A stretch of DNA of 62,451 nt, the filler included, from Hausera hauseri (taxonomy: Eukaryota): assembly GCA_046269625.1 (NCBI GenBank). It is 13 parts of 13 records of this genome, joined end to end, with 100 filler letters (N's around TTAATTAATTAA, not from the genome) between each part and the next. Parts side by side here need not be neighbours in the genome. Positions count along the whole stretch, not along the records: positions 9,084 to 13,232 come from JBJURY010734544.1; positions 13,333 to 19,833 come from JBJURY010093321.1; positions 19,934 to 24,512 come from JBJURY010519903.1; 10 more parts are not named here. One strand, 5' to 3'. The translations under genes and the position numbers were made by a program. This document shows, in pieces, positions 12,008 to 24,612 of this stretch; position 1 is the first letter of the stretch, and every line of letters begins with the position of its first letter. The notes below the pieces were generated by a model, which saw nothing but the letters and a program-made list of their open reading frames with translations, had not been told where the DNA came from and made no database searches.

Positions 12008-13232
12008 TTAAAAATCCTGGCTAAAAACAATCATAAATGGACCTCAATTCTTCCTCTTGTCCTACTCGGTTGGCGCAACACGCCATCCGCCACTACAGGT
12101 TGTGCTCCAGCTGAGGCTTTTTTTGGGACGCCAGTTCGTGTACTTTTTGAGCTCTCCAATCTTGACGAAAGTCCGTCAGATAAAGTTATTTATGCGGCAC
12201 AGTCCCACTTTGCTGATGTAAACTCGAATGCTTTCTGCCGTCTTATAAACAAAGACAAATCTTATATCCCAGAGGGCATATACTCAGACAAATTTCTATG
12301 GTTGAAGGATTCGTCACCTTCTGGTTTTCGGCCTCAATACGTTGGACCTTACAAATTACTCAATCTTTCTTCGCACACTACCACTATTTTACGCAAAACC
12401 AACCCCATAATGTACACATCTCTAATCTTAAGCCAGCTTTCTTCGTTGATGATGACCAGGCTAACAGCCTTGTTTCAAATCCTGAATCTAATTTCTCTTC
12501 CCGCGAGTCATTATCTAATTTCCTCCATAATTTTGGGCCGTCGCAGCAATCGAGTCACAATTAATCCTATTCACTTCCGTCATCGTTTACTGCTCATTCA
12601 CCACTCATTTCACCGTCATCGCCTGCACACCCACCACTCACTTTACCGTCATCTCACGATTTGCCTTCATCTCCAGTCTCGCCTCTTTCGCTTGACCCAC
12701 TTCACTCTTCAGTTTTTTCTCCAATTTCACCTCTTCATGAAACATCTTCCCGAAACATCACAAAATCTACAGCTTCTTCCCTCGAACAACCCCGCAGGCA
12801 CTAGCAACATCTAACAGATTACGTCATGTGACGTTTAGCACTTACAGAAGGGAGAAGTTCATAGATGGAGTCCAACGTCTAACACGTACCAAAATCGCAC
12901 AGGTAGAAGCTCTTCTTTTTTCCTATTATAATTTTCATTTATTTTCTTCTCTTCGTAGTCTTTGTTTTGCCACGAGGGGGTGATGTAGTGCCTAGGATGT
13001 GGTTGCACTGTTTGAGGCTGTCGAATCGGTGAGAGAATTTCCCCCACCATGTGATTATGCGACACAAAGTTTTCATCTCAGAAGATGTAAATCGCAAAAG
13101 TCAACATTATTATCGCTAGTGCAAAAGTTGTAAATTTCAGATTTACAGAGACCGAAAAGGACGAGCAGGAAGGGTATATTACTATCAAGTCAATGGCAAA
13201 CCCTCTTTTACAATGAAATGGATAATGATTAC
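12008..13232 (+). mobile_element. Ty3/Gypsy 3' part: integrase C-terminus, S/H-rich tail, PPT, LTR starting at 12984
   Basis: WTSILPLVLLGWRNTP, YVGPYK (GPY/F), VHISNLKP; gagggggtga|TGTAG. Confidence 0.85.
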
Positions 13233-13332
13233 NNNNNNNNNNNNNNNNNNNNNNNNNNNNNNNNNNNNNNNNNNNNTTAATTAATTAANNNNNNNNNNNN
13301 NNNNNNNNNNNNNNNNNNNNNNNNNNNNNNNN

Positions 13333-13480
13333 AATGTACACGGGCGTCCGATCTCACTACCCAGAGATCAGGGGAATTTTTTACTAGAAGATCCAAGAGA
13401 AAAAAATCCCAAGTGCTTCCACCGGGATTCGAACCCCGTACGTCTAGCACTCGAGGCGGACGTCCTACCTCGAGACAATA
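13333..13480 (-). mobile_element. tRNA-derived SINE
   Basis: B-box GGTTCGAATCCC followed by a T-run and a non-tRNA body. Confidence 0.6.
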
Positions 13481-14217
13481 AAGCAAGAGATAGATAAGAA
13501 AGAAGTAAAAGAGACAGGGTGGCTAGAAGGGAAAACAAGAAAAGAAACAAAATGAGGTGGTAGTTGTAGTAGTAGTAATAGATGTCGTGGTGTTGGTGGT
13601 GGTTGTAGTTGTGGTAGGAGTAGCAGTTGTAGTATTATGAGATGTAACAGTAGGAATAGTAACCGTTGAATTAGTTGCAGTTTTAATTATGGTTGTGTGG
13701 ATGGTGGTAGGCGAAGTGGTGGTTTTAGTGGCGTCATTTTTGGTAAAAGGTTATAGTGACACTGGTAGCAAGTACGGCAACAGCAATAGTAGACGCTGAA
13801 ATTTTGTGAAGCATCAAACAGAAGTAGTCGACAAAGAAGAAGAAGAAATACACAAACGAACTTTATTGTCAAAGGGTTGAGATTTAGGCACGGATGACCG
13901 TCTTACACGTCGGGAGAGGACGAGCAGATGAGGAAAGAAATAAATCACCTCACAAACGGACGTGTTACGTTTTAAAAGTCCAACAATAACTACCTCTCTC
14001 ACCGATCGTGCCACAGACATCGTGTCTTGTCTGCCCAGACAATTCTTTTTCCAGGTTAATGGGTAAGACTTCCCGGTAATGCCGTGTGGGTGAAATGCGA
14101 CAAAAATCTTGGCATTAACAACGTATGAGAATACAAATGAGAAATGGCGTCAGTAATGCAGCTTTCTCACATTGTGGAGTTTCGAATCTAAATTTTGTTC
14201 TTCCAGCCAGACCAGAA

Positions 14218-14450
14218 GCCGATGTAGCGTAGTGGATAAGTTACTCGCCCGCGGACGAGGCGTCCTGGGCTCGACTTTCTTTCTGTAATAATAACTCCTG
14301 TTGGTGACTTAGTATTTAGTAAATTGCTACCTTAGTTCCCGCTGTGGGAAGGCAGATGAATATCGATACGGTGTGCCTGCTGTGAGCGACACTAGAGTGC
14401 CTGATTAACAACTGGTTACGCAGAGCAGAGTATAAATGGGCCACTTTTGT
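14218..14450 (+). mobile_element. tRNA-derived SINE
   Basis: GCCGATGTAGCGTAGTGGATAAG (A-box) ... GGGCTCGACT (B-box like). Confidence 0.55.
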
Positions 14451-14527
14451 AACATGATGGCAAATCACATCTCACATATGTGCTGATTTCATAACGGATA
14501 ATACTCGTAATAAAATTTTTTAAAAAA

Positions 14528-14929
14528 CTAAATTGGAACAGTCAATAAAGTCAACTCAGCACCACTTTCCAGATTTGATATACTTTTTCCGCATATTTGT
14601 TTGTCATCAAATCGTGTTTTAGCTTCAGAATCATGCTGAGATATAAACACAGAAACCATTCTTAATGTTTTAAATTCTAAAATATCCATTTCATAATTTT
14701 GCATTTGTTTCTGTAAATAAGACGATTGGGACAAACCCAGAGTTTCAAGTTTCATTTGTCTTTTCTGACTAAAATTCTTCACCCCGCTTGGTGAGAATTT
14801 ACACCTCTGACCTTCAAGGTTTTCTGGATCGATTGAGACACCAATTTCTTTATAATTTTTCGCGGTTTTCTCAAAATTCACAATTGCTGATTTTGTCCGT
14901 AACATCATCTCGCGGACATTCATAGTCAT
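14528..14929 (-). CDS. Hypothetical protein, 133 aa, single exon
   Basis: Open frame with AAAAATG start context and TATATAAG about 65 nt upstream. Confidence 0.55.
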   Translation of the reverse strand: MTMNVREMMLRTKSAIVNFEKTAKNYKEIGVSIDPENLEGQRCKFSPSGVKNFSQKRQMKLETLGLSQSSYLQKQMQNYEMDILEFKTLRMVSVFISQHDSEAKTRFDDKQICGKSISNLESGAELTLLTVPI

Positions 14930-15004
14930 TTTTAATTTTTAATTTTTTTCAATATTTATTGATTCGTATTTTTAATCAGCTGCTATAGCAGCTTATATAT
15001 TGGC

Positions 15005-16440
15005 CTATATATTTATTTTTATATATATGCTGTCCGGTCTGGATGTTGTGTTTATTGAGTAAAAAGACACCCCTTTCAAATAGATGTATACCAATTTAGT
15101 ATCGACGATAATCAGAGCATAATTCACGTCGATTTTACCCATTTCAATGGAATTGAAATGCCCATTTTCATAGTCCAAATAGATTTCTCCGAGAAACAAA
15201 ACAACCGTTCTGATTTTTTCATAATCGGTATCATTATAATACGTTATAACTTGTTCATCACAATCCCACAACGTTTTGCAACTGTTATTGAAACAATTAG
15301 TGTTCCTCACGTAACCATCTAAACCGAACCGCATAGCCTCAACAGAAGTACTGTAAAGAAAGACAGTTTGACAAATTACAGTTCCATTGATGGCATCATG
15401 TAAAATGTAATTGAATTTCTCATCGGCCATTTTGTCAAAACATTCATCAAAATTTTGCAATTCATGTTCAATGCATAAAAATATACATTTGCAAATGGGA
15501 TTTAACAAGCGAATCTGAAATTCCAAAACGTCTTCATAACCGCCTATTAAAAAGGCCAAAGTATGATCCATTATGATATTCATGGACATCGATCTTATTA
15601 AAGATATTCGATATAGTGTATGGGTCGATGAGATGGCCAATTTAAGGTGTTTGTTTATCACTGATTCATCAAGTGTTGTATTAAGTAAAGCTTGTAGATT
15701 CGACAAGTCTTTGTCAAACCTTTGCTGATCTCCGAAATGCTTCAAACTGACTTCTGTAATGACGGAGTCATCAAAGATCAATTCCCTTGTCAAATGACGC
15801 AATTTATAGTAAATACTGTTCGACATTTGAGCTGTTCGATGTTTTGCCTCATCGAGAAAATCTTTGGGTATAATATCGGTGATTTTTGCGATGAGATTTT
15901 CAGGCAACTCTTGGACAAATTCACCATTTTAATATTCTAAAAGAAAGGAAATTCTTATTAAAATCGACCAACATCATATCACATTCGGTATCAGTTCTCA
16001 ATTGAAAATACTCATAGTCGTCGGTAGTATATTGATGATGGAATAATTCCAAAAATGTTTCATTTAACAAACTCCTTAATTTCATCCTATCGTTGTCATG
16101 TTCAATGTGAACTTCGATTTTTTGGATTTTAAATGACCGATTCGGTCTAACATTTAACTCATAATCTAACAGTTCGTTCAAACTTTCTTCCACAGTATGG
16201 CATATTACTGAAATGGATAATGTATTAAAACAATTTCGTATGGTTTGATGAATTTCTTTCTTAGCTTCGTCCAGAAACTCTTTTGACACATTCATACCAC
16301 TTTTATTTGTAAAATTCGTAACGAACTTCGTATAAGTATTCGTAAACATGACCGCATCACTGGAAATAAAATTTCGAACAGAGTCCAATAAAAACTTATC
16401 CGACATTTCGTTGGTATTGCTAAACGAGACGTCTTCATGC
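15005..16440 (-). pseudogene. Unknown protein with an internal duplication, one frameshift near 15910-15925; in frame with the dynein fragment
   Basis: Long open frames 15005-15907 and 15921-16613; repeats SKEFLDEAKK..LRSLLNETF and PKDFLDEAKH..LQALLNTTL. Confidence 0.6.
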
Positions 16441-17750
16441 AGTCCATTATCTTCCACAATGAAAATTTCGATCATATCTTTAGAATTTTTAGCCAACAAG
16501 TATTCGTAATCTTTGTAGATTTTTGAATACTTTATTGGAGCCTCACAGTTTAACAACAAATAGTCTTGTAATTTCTGTTTAGATTCGATTACGAATTCTT
16601 CGTAACATTTCATTGATGATATTTAACAAACATCAGGTGCTCCTGCTGAATGAACGAAGATATTTTTCCAGTCGATAAAACTGGCTAACAGATCCGATTA
16701 TGTCATTCACAAGTTGACGTAGTTGATCACATACACAATCAAAATTAGGCACAAATATGATTTGACTTTGACTACTTGTGTCAGAATCGAGCTGTATTCT
16801 AATGAAATTCAATGTCCTGGACACGGACATTCCCGAAAAGAGCTCATATTCTCCTTCATAACACACAACATCCCGATATTCTTCGAACAACAATACCAAA
16901 TCAGAAATCGATTCTTTAACAATATGACGCAATAAATGTGACTGTAATGATGCAACACGATTGAAAAAATTTTCCATTTCCCTGCATCGGCTTATCTGTT
17001 CTTTTGGCGTCATACTTTCGATGAGATCGATATGAGTTTATGATGTTTCCACAGTTTTTCATCCAATGTTCTTGGAGAAACTGACTTTGTTCTATTGAGT
17101 ACTGTATACAGAGATCTATAATTTTTGTTATTGGTAGTGGCGCCTATTTTCGAATATCAGCAATGTTTATAAGTCGTATATTCCAATGTTTTTTACTGAA
17201 ATTTTCTAATAAAGTAATGATAACGGGATGAGCTGCGTAACCCGGATTTTCTAGAAACACTTGCTGCTTTTGTACGTTCATGCCCTGGCACTTGTTCGCG
17301 TAATACTGGATGTATTACCTTCTTGGGCATAAGTATTCCTAGACGCTTCTGTTCTTTCTTGCTTAATAAAATATAATCCAAGATGGCTTTCTTAATTGAT
17401 TTATGGAAGTTTATTTCTGATTCTTTAAGAAAATTTTCTGAAAATTCTGGAAAGGCTTCAACGAAAATTAATCTACATTTGAATTTTATTTCGAATTTTG
17501 ACTCATTGGAAAGGTCAGTTAACATTGAAAGATCATCAAATGAATTTTCCAATACCATCTGGTACCGGCTTTTATAACGCTTTTCCGGAGTAGCTGGCCT
17601 GGTTAATCCGATTGTTGATGTAAACCATGGAGTAAACTGAACGCCAATGACTTGCTTCGTTTCATCATCATGTTCAGATCGATCATTTACAATGTGAAGA
17701 AGAATGGCAATTTTCCGTAATTTCACGCAGAACATTTTTCCCAATAAAAT
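16440..17750 (-). pseudogene. Intronless N-terminal fragment of an axonemal inner-arm dynein heavy chain (DNAH3/7/12-like)
   Basis: SIKKAILDYILLSKKEQKRLGI, REQVPGH, FFNRVASLQSHLLRHIVKESISDL, IIFVPNF..RLEKYL, APIKYSKIYKDYEYLL in the expected order; no motor domain. Confidence 0.75.
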
Positions 17751-17995
17751 TCTTTGTCCCCTTAAATTCGTCTTGTCGAATACTGTTCAAAATATCAGTC
17801 GTTGACCGTTTTTCTATTGAATATTTACAATGCATTTCGGAACTGTCTGACACCATTTGTAAAACTTTGTAATTTTTAAACACTGCATACGATAAATTCC
17901 AAAAAAGGTGTAGAAAAGGTGTAAATTCCAACACAGAACGAGTAGACGCTAAGAACAGCAACTTTATTTCATATATTTTAAACCTCTAACTATAA

Positions 17996-18412
17996 TCAAT
18001 TAACTGTCAATGTCAATATAGACGGAATAATAGCAGTAATAAAACTTAAAATGAGGTTTCTTTTTAAATCCTTTGAATTCAACTGAAACAAAGTTACGAC
18101 TAATACCGAACTGACAAGATAAAAGAGTATTGGCAATATCAATAAAATATAATTTTCAATCGATTCACCACCTGACAAATATCCGTATTTTGAACGATAT
18201 GGTAAAGTTAAGTTCTTCCTTTTAGACGGTAAAGTGTTGCTGTTCAGTACGTATGTATCTTCATTTCCTTCAACATCATTGATGATGTATCTTTCACTGG
18301 CAAGTGAGAATTTTCGTTCTGGAAATTTTGGAGTAAGATATGGAGACATTTCAACATAATATGTTAACATCTGCATATAGTCGTCTTGGAGTAGTTTGTC
18401 ACGCATATTCAT
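17996..18412 (-). CDS. Hypothetical protein with two C-terminal hydrophobic helices
   Basis: 138-aa open frame; YILLILPILFYLVSSVLVVTLF and LILSFITAIIPSILTL. Confidence 0.55.
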   Translation of the reverse strand: MNMRDKLLQDDYMQMLTYYVEMSPYLTPKFPERKFSLASERYIINDVEGNEDTYVLNSNTLPSKRKNLTLPYRSKYGYLSGGESIENYILLILPILFYLVSSVLVVTLFQLNSKDLKRNLILSFITAIIPSILTLTVN

Positions 18413-18438
18413 GTTGTACTTTGATAACTTCGCAATAC

Positions 18439-19833
18439 TGTGGACCGTAGTGGCGCCCGAGTCCGCGGCACCACACTACCCCAATAGCAGAGGTGAAACA
18501 ATAGGAAGAGCCAAAAAAGTGAAAAGATGGAAAGAATAATCTGTGACGAAATTAAGCAGATAAAGTAGAACGGTGTAAGCGAATATTGGGTCTTTGTATA
18601 GACGAGATGTTGGATTTTGTCGACATTCTGTTCTCTAATGCATTTGCTGAATGTGACGGTCTTGTGTTTTTTCCTTGTTGTTTAATTGTTTGCTGAGTTG
18701 GTTGGTATGAAGTTGAATTTTGTTTTGACGTGTTAGCAGCTTGAAAAGTAGTCGGTATGTTGTTTAGCATAGTGTGTTGTGTTGATGCGGGTTTTGGAAC
18801 AGCAGGTTGTCGTGGAGGTAGAACAGAAGATAGGTTGAAGGAATCAAGGAAGGTATGTGCAGAGTTAGTTGTTGGATCCGGTGTGTCATTGACGAAAAAT
18901 GCAGGTTTTACGCTAGAAATGTGCACATTTTGTTCTTTGTCGTTTTTTAGTATCGTAACCGTGTGAGAAGTCATATTGAAAACTTTAAATGGTCCTAGAT
19001 AGTTTGTTTGGAAACCGGAAGGTGAAGGGTTTTTTAACCACACGAACTTTGCATTAAATAGTGAATCAGGTAAGTATGTTTTGTCACCATGTATTATTTT
19101 GCAGAAAGATTCGTGGCTTAGCTGGACAAAATAATTTTGTGCGGACCTAATGGTTTCTTCAGTTGGTGTGTTGTCCAAATCGGTGAGTTGAAACAGTGCA
19201 CGAATTGTGGTACCAAAAAGTGATTCAGCGGGTGCGCAACCAGTGGTAGTAGAGGGCGTGTTGTGCCACCCGAGTAGAACGAAAGGAAGGATAGCAGTCC
19301 AGAATTCGTATGAGTTTCGGCCAGAATTTTTAGGGAGATTTTAAGTGTGCGGTAAAAGCGTTCCAATAAGCCGTTTGATTGCGGGTGATATGGAGTTGCG
19401 TGTATATGATTTATGCCCAGTCGATTAACTAAAGACTTAAATAGGTTTGATTCAAATTAAGGACCTTGGTCTGTAATTATATAACGCAGTGAACCGAACC
19501 GGCTAATCCAAATCCTTATGAATGCATCGGCTATGGAGTCTATATATATGGAGCGCAAAGGGTCGGTCCATCATTGTTAGAACGAATTTGTGGCCGTTAT
19601 AGGATGGTAATGGGCCGATGATATCTAGATGTACACATTCAAAACGGGGCGTGCAGAGAAAATGAAATAAAGGTGGCTTAAGATGTTTAGCTACTTTCAA
19701 TTTTTGGCAAGCCATACATTGCCTAACCCAGTCTTGTACGTCAGACCTCATCGATGGCCATGTTACGTTACGTGTGAGGAGGTGGAATTTAGATTCGTAC
19801 CTGCGTGATGTAATGAATGGATATGGTTAAATG
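18439..19833 (-). mobile_element. Ty3/Gypsy integrase remnant with PPT and a 37-bp LTR-like end
   Basis: CMACQ, HLDIIGPLP, ERFYRTLK, YLGPFK; ttggggtag|TGTGG...CCACA (18475-18439). Confidence 0.85.
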
Positions 19834-19933
19834 NNNNNNNNNNNNNNNNNNNNNNNNNNNNNNNNNNNNNNNNNNNNTTAATTAATTAANNNNNNNNNNN
19901 NNNNNNNNNNNNNNNNNNNNNNNNNNNNNNNNN

Positions 19934-22900
19934 CGATCTTGATTGGAAGCTGTCTGTTGAAACGATCGATCCGGCTGGTAATGAAGCTGGATCTGCTGGT
20001 TCTCCAGAATGACAAAGAGGGGTTCCAGTAGCCCACAGAATAAATACTGTGGCCGTGCGGTCAAAACTGCTCACAGCCTTCGACGGCCATACAGAATATT
20101 TTCCTTACTTGCTACACAAAGGCACCCGTCATTAGTTTCTTGTATTTTTCTTATTCGATGAGCTTCTTTAAGATTATGTGTGTTCCCCTTCTGATGACCT
20201 GATTTACCTTACCTCTCGGATCTTTGGGCGTTCCCTCTTATATGACAACACGCCCCTCGCTTCACTGAAATATGTTTCTTCTACTCCTGTAGACGAAACT
20301 TCTTTGTCTTCCCTCGTGTGGTGTTTATGGTGTTCTCATTGACGTGTCGTTCTGTATTCCTGCTATTTCTCTAATCTGCCCCTCACTCAACGAAAGCATT
20401 TTTCATTTCTATTTAGTTCTTATTATAATTCAGCGCTGGGGTTATCGTGTTGCGGAAATGGAAAATGTTTTCCTTGTCTCCCTTGTTTCGTATGTGCGGT
20501 TTATACTTTCTGGATGTTGAGGGTCGGGTAGATCGAATGTGGACTGGACGTCTGTGTTTCCGTTATAACCATTTCCTTGGTATGGTGTTCGGGACGCGAA
20601 TTATCTAGAGATTCTTCTTAATATGTCTTTCTGCAGATATGGTTTGTCCGTGCTGTTCGAGGATATCCCCGATAAATGGTATGCTGGCCTGTTTCTGTCG
20701 CCCGTGAATTAACCAATTCAATCGGGTCTTCATGTCTTGCACTACGTCCTGCCCTTATCATCATTTAGGGGGTGTGTGTCGATCTGATGGTGTTCCTGGG
20801 TTTCAACCGTCGGGGGGTACTTGTTGGGCCTTTCAATGGCGGGTTGCAGCGATTCATAGGAATTGGTATGTTTTGCTCCCTCACCGGTTACATTGACTGG
20901 AGGCGCCTCCGTGTTCGGTTTCCTTTTCGTGACTATGTCCACTAACTGTTTCCTTAATTTCGTGATTGTAGCCGTTTTTCTATATTTGCTGCTTCAAGTT
21001 GAATGGACTGGTTGGTCATTTCTTGTATTAATGCATCCTTTCCTCGGACCCTGTTTTGGAGTTCGTTCATTGCGGAAAATTTGCCAATCATATTTCTAAT
21101 GTATTTCATTTCTCTATCTTTTCCCTCGACTATTTGGTGTATCTCTGCAATTGTCGCGACTAGTTTTGCTTTCTCGAGTTCTGGTGTCTGGGCAGTCGGT
21201 ATTTTCGTACTTTCCCGTATCGTATTGTGTCTGCCTGTTATTCTCTCTTGCATGGCTTTGCTGATTGGGATTCGGGATCCTCTTCCGTCAATAGCCTCTA
21301 GCCTGCATCTATATTCGCTCTTCAGTGCTGCCTGGCGAGTGATTTTGCTTCGTGGTTCGTCTTCTGTGGACGGTGGTGTCCTTCATGTTTGTTTCGGACA
21401 TCGCACTATACATTCTATTTCGGATGTCTCGGTTTCGGGGTTGTCCTCGGTATTGCTGACTAAGGTGTTGTCTTCTGGTGGACCTCCTGTCGGTTGGTGT
21501 GTATTGACATTATTGCTTTCCTGTGCTTCATTATTGAGGCAGAGTTCTTTGTCATGTAATCGTCTTTTGCGTTCTAGGAGTGGTACGATGTGTCTAGCAT
21601 GTTTCGGTGTCTTTTCAACATTCTGGCTCATGCTTCTTCAAATCGTTTTCTGGCGGCTGCTTGGGTATTTGGGTATGCGGGAGCTATATCAGGCATGTTG
21701 TCTTGGGTTTGAGGTTCTTGATTCGATTGGATTCGGGACATATTTTCAGCAGTATGGGACCAATTTCGTACAGTGTGTCGCTGTCCTTATTACTTTCCAC
21801 TGTGGTTGAGTGGGTCTTAGGTGTGACCACGTATCGCGACCGTCGTATGCGTGATGGTGTATCCGCTGGTGGTTCGGTTGACCACGATTGCTCAGCATGT
21901 CTGATGTAGTCTGTTGTGGTTTTCGCTGTTCGACCCGTATAGTGGTTTTTGATGACATACGTCACTATGCCTAGTCGTTCAATAATCTAAAAGCCGGAAA
22001 TCCAACGTTTGTCGAACTTGGAATTTCTATGGTGCTTTTTGTAGTGCACCTTATCGCCAATTTGAAATTCTTGGACGACAGTATGTTTATCGCTCTTGTC
22101 TTTGCGTTGTTAGAATGCATTTTGGACATTTCCTTGATAGTGACTTCGTTTATTTTTTGTAAGAGATATTGGTGGAACTCTTCGCCGTGGTTTGGCTGTC
22201 TTAGCTGCAGTAAGTTGTCTAATGGCAGAATGGGTTCGCCACCAAAGATAATTTCGTATGGGGAATATTTACGACTGCCGTTTTCCATGAACCTCAAGAC
22301 CATGGCTGCCTTCTGTAGGTGTATGTTCCATTCTTAAGGTTGGTCTTGAACATATTTAGCGATAACATCATATATTGTCGTGTGTTGTCTTTAATTTATC
22401 CCGTTTGGGCCCGGGTTATAGTGTGCGGTAGTAATGTGTTTAATATTTAGTTCCCGCAGGGTATTATTCAGTGCTCTGTTCACAAATTCGGTGCCATTGT
22501 CGGTGATGGCTACTTTTGGACACCCATATCGAGGGACGAACCTGCTGACTAAAGTATCAACAATATTGTCTGCGGCCTTATTGGGTAGGGCATATAACTC
22601 TGGCCAACAGCTGTAAATATTGACAATATGGAAAATGTGTTGGTTTCCAGATAGTGTCTTGGGATGTGGTCCGGAAAGGTCGAGACTAATCTTTTCAAAG
22701 GGGAATGCAGCATGGTCGGGTTCCTGCATAGGGTGTTTAAGTGCTTCCATATGTCGTAACTTACAAGTCTCACACTGTTGCATGTACTCCAGGATGTCTA
22801 TGAGCATGTTTCACCAGTGATATTTTCCAGTTATTAATGAGTAGGTTCTATCTCTTCCTAAGTGTCCGAGATCGTCATGATACTGTTTAACTACTGTATC

Positions 22901-23455
22901 TCTTAGCTGTTTTGGGATACATTGCTGTATATCTCCTTGACAATTTATGTGATACAGAACTCCCTGTTGGAGGATATATTGTAGTCTATTTGCATGTCAT
23001 AACCCTGCAAGTTAATAATCCACGACTGGATCCAGCGATTTTGTATATCTGCTTTCATCATCCCTTTGAGCGGCTGATGATCCGTTCGCACCTTGAAGTT
23101 ACTGTTTTATAGGTAAAACTGAAGTTTTTGCAGTGCATAATGGATTGCGTAGGCTTTCTTTTCTGTGATGGACCATTTTCTTTGGGACTTGGGAGTCAAT
23201 AAGATAGAAAATAAATGGGTTTTTCTCGTTTCTGTATTTGGCCATTGACTTCTTCTTCACCGTCCTCTTGTGATAATACTGCTCCAATCACAAAATCGGA
23301 TGCATCGGTATATAGGTGGATTCCTTATTTGGGTCAGGATATGCTAGGAGTGGAACTACGGAAGAGCTTTCTACAAGTATTCAAATGCTTTTTGGCATTC
23401 TGCGTCCCACTTAAAGCGTACGAATTTTCTTGTCAGTGCCACGATGGGTTCGGCT
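19934..23455 (-). mobile_element. Second Ty3/Gypsy family: RNase H-integrase pseudogene (21684-23455) plus a downstream degenerate ORF
   Basis: YTDASDFVIGAVLSQ, CETC, PFEKISLDLSGP, ITDNGTEF, YSPYEIIFG. Confidence 0.85.
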
Positions 23456-24612
23456 ATTGATTGCTTGGACTTTTTCGCCATCAAGTTTCATCCCTTCTCT
23501 CTTATATATTTAAAAGGGGAGTGGGTCGACTAAGTCGGGAAGAATTAACCGAACTGAAGTGAAGGTAAGACAGACTCTGTCAAGGAAAGGGCAAACGGTG
23601 GTCTATATCAGTGCCCAAGACACTGGCAACAGTCTCTTGGGTCGTCAAAATAGACGCACCGGAGGGTAGATATACGAGCAGTTATAACACTCTGCAAGCA
23701 AGAACGTATTGAACACTGGAAATTGGGGACAGACACATAACACACTGTAAGGAGAAACTGATGATTTGTTACAAACGTCATTCCATAATACAAAAAATAC
23801 TTTTAGTGTAGACATCACATCTTTCGAAAGAAAGAAAGAAAGAAAATAATACAATTAAAAGCACGGCCATAATTTTTATGGATACATGTTAACATTTAAT
23901 TCCCAATTGGTCTTGATAACAAACGAACATATTCAAGCCCATATGACCCATGGCACGGCGGTTAAAGAACATTCGAACACTATCTGTAATAACAACATTA
24001 TGTATGCAACCACAGAGAAGTTATCAGTGGCAGTAAAGACACATAACTAAGATGAAGATAAAAACTAGTTAAGGCGTTTCTGAGAATCTGGAAATCCGAT
24101 AAGCTGAGGTTTAAAATTATAAATTATGTTGTTTAAGAGCAACGTTTTAAGCTTGCGTTGTATGTAAGCGAATATTGAAAGATGACACCAAACAGGTCAA
24201 ATACTTGACGAACAAGGTGGTCTGAAAAGAATCAAACCAATTTTCTGAACAAAATTGTAAGACATGAGGACCTGATTGATGAAATAGGAATTGAGACAAT
24301 ATCAGCAGTGATAAAGGGAAAAACGTGGCTTTTGATATGGCATATGACGAGGAAGATATAGACACCATTACAACGGACACTACAGGGTGTGAAAAGCAAA
24401 TGATCACAACTGTGGAAGTCTCTTCTCAATAGCAGCCCATAATTGGACACCACAGGTACAGAGAGAAAGAAAGATGGGAGAGAGAGAGAAAGAAATTGTC
24501 ACCGCAAAGAATNNNNNNNNNNNNNNNNNNNNNNNNNNNNNNNNNNNNNNNNNNNNTTAATTAATTAANNNNNNNNNNNNNNNNNNNNNNNNNNNNNNNN
24601 NNNNNNNNNNNN

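Noticed and set aside
11960-12814. 284-aa ORF as a real gene
   Set aside because: Chance read-through from a MITE end into a frameshifted Gypsy integrase tail.
13400-14280. tRNA genes
   Set aside because: A/B boxes are present but no complete cloverleaf; they continue into SINE-like bodies.
21003-21809. 268-aa hydrophobic 'membrane protein' on the + strand
   Set aside because: Most simply the antisense shadow of an A-rich retroelement strand; no recognisable motif.
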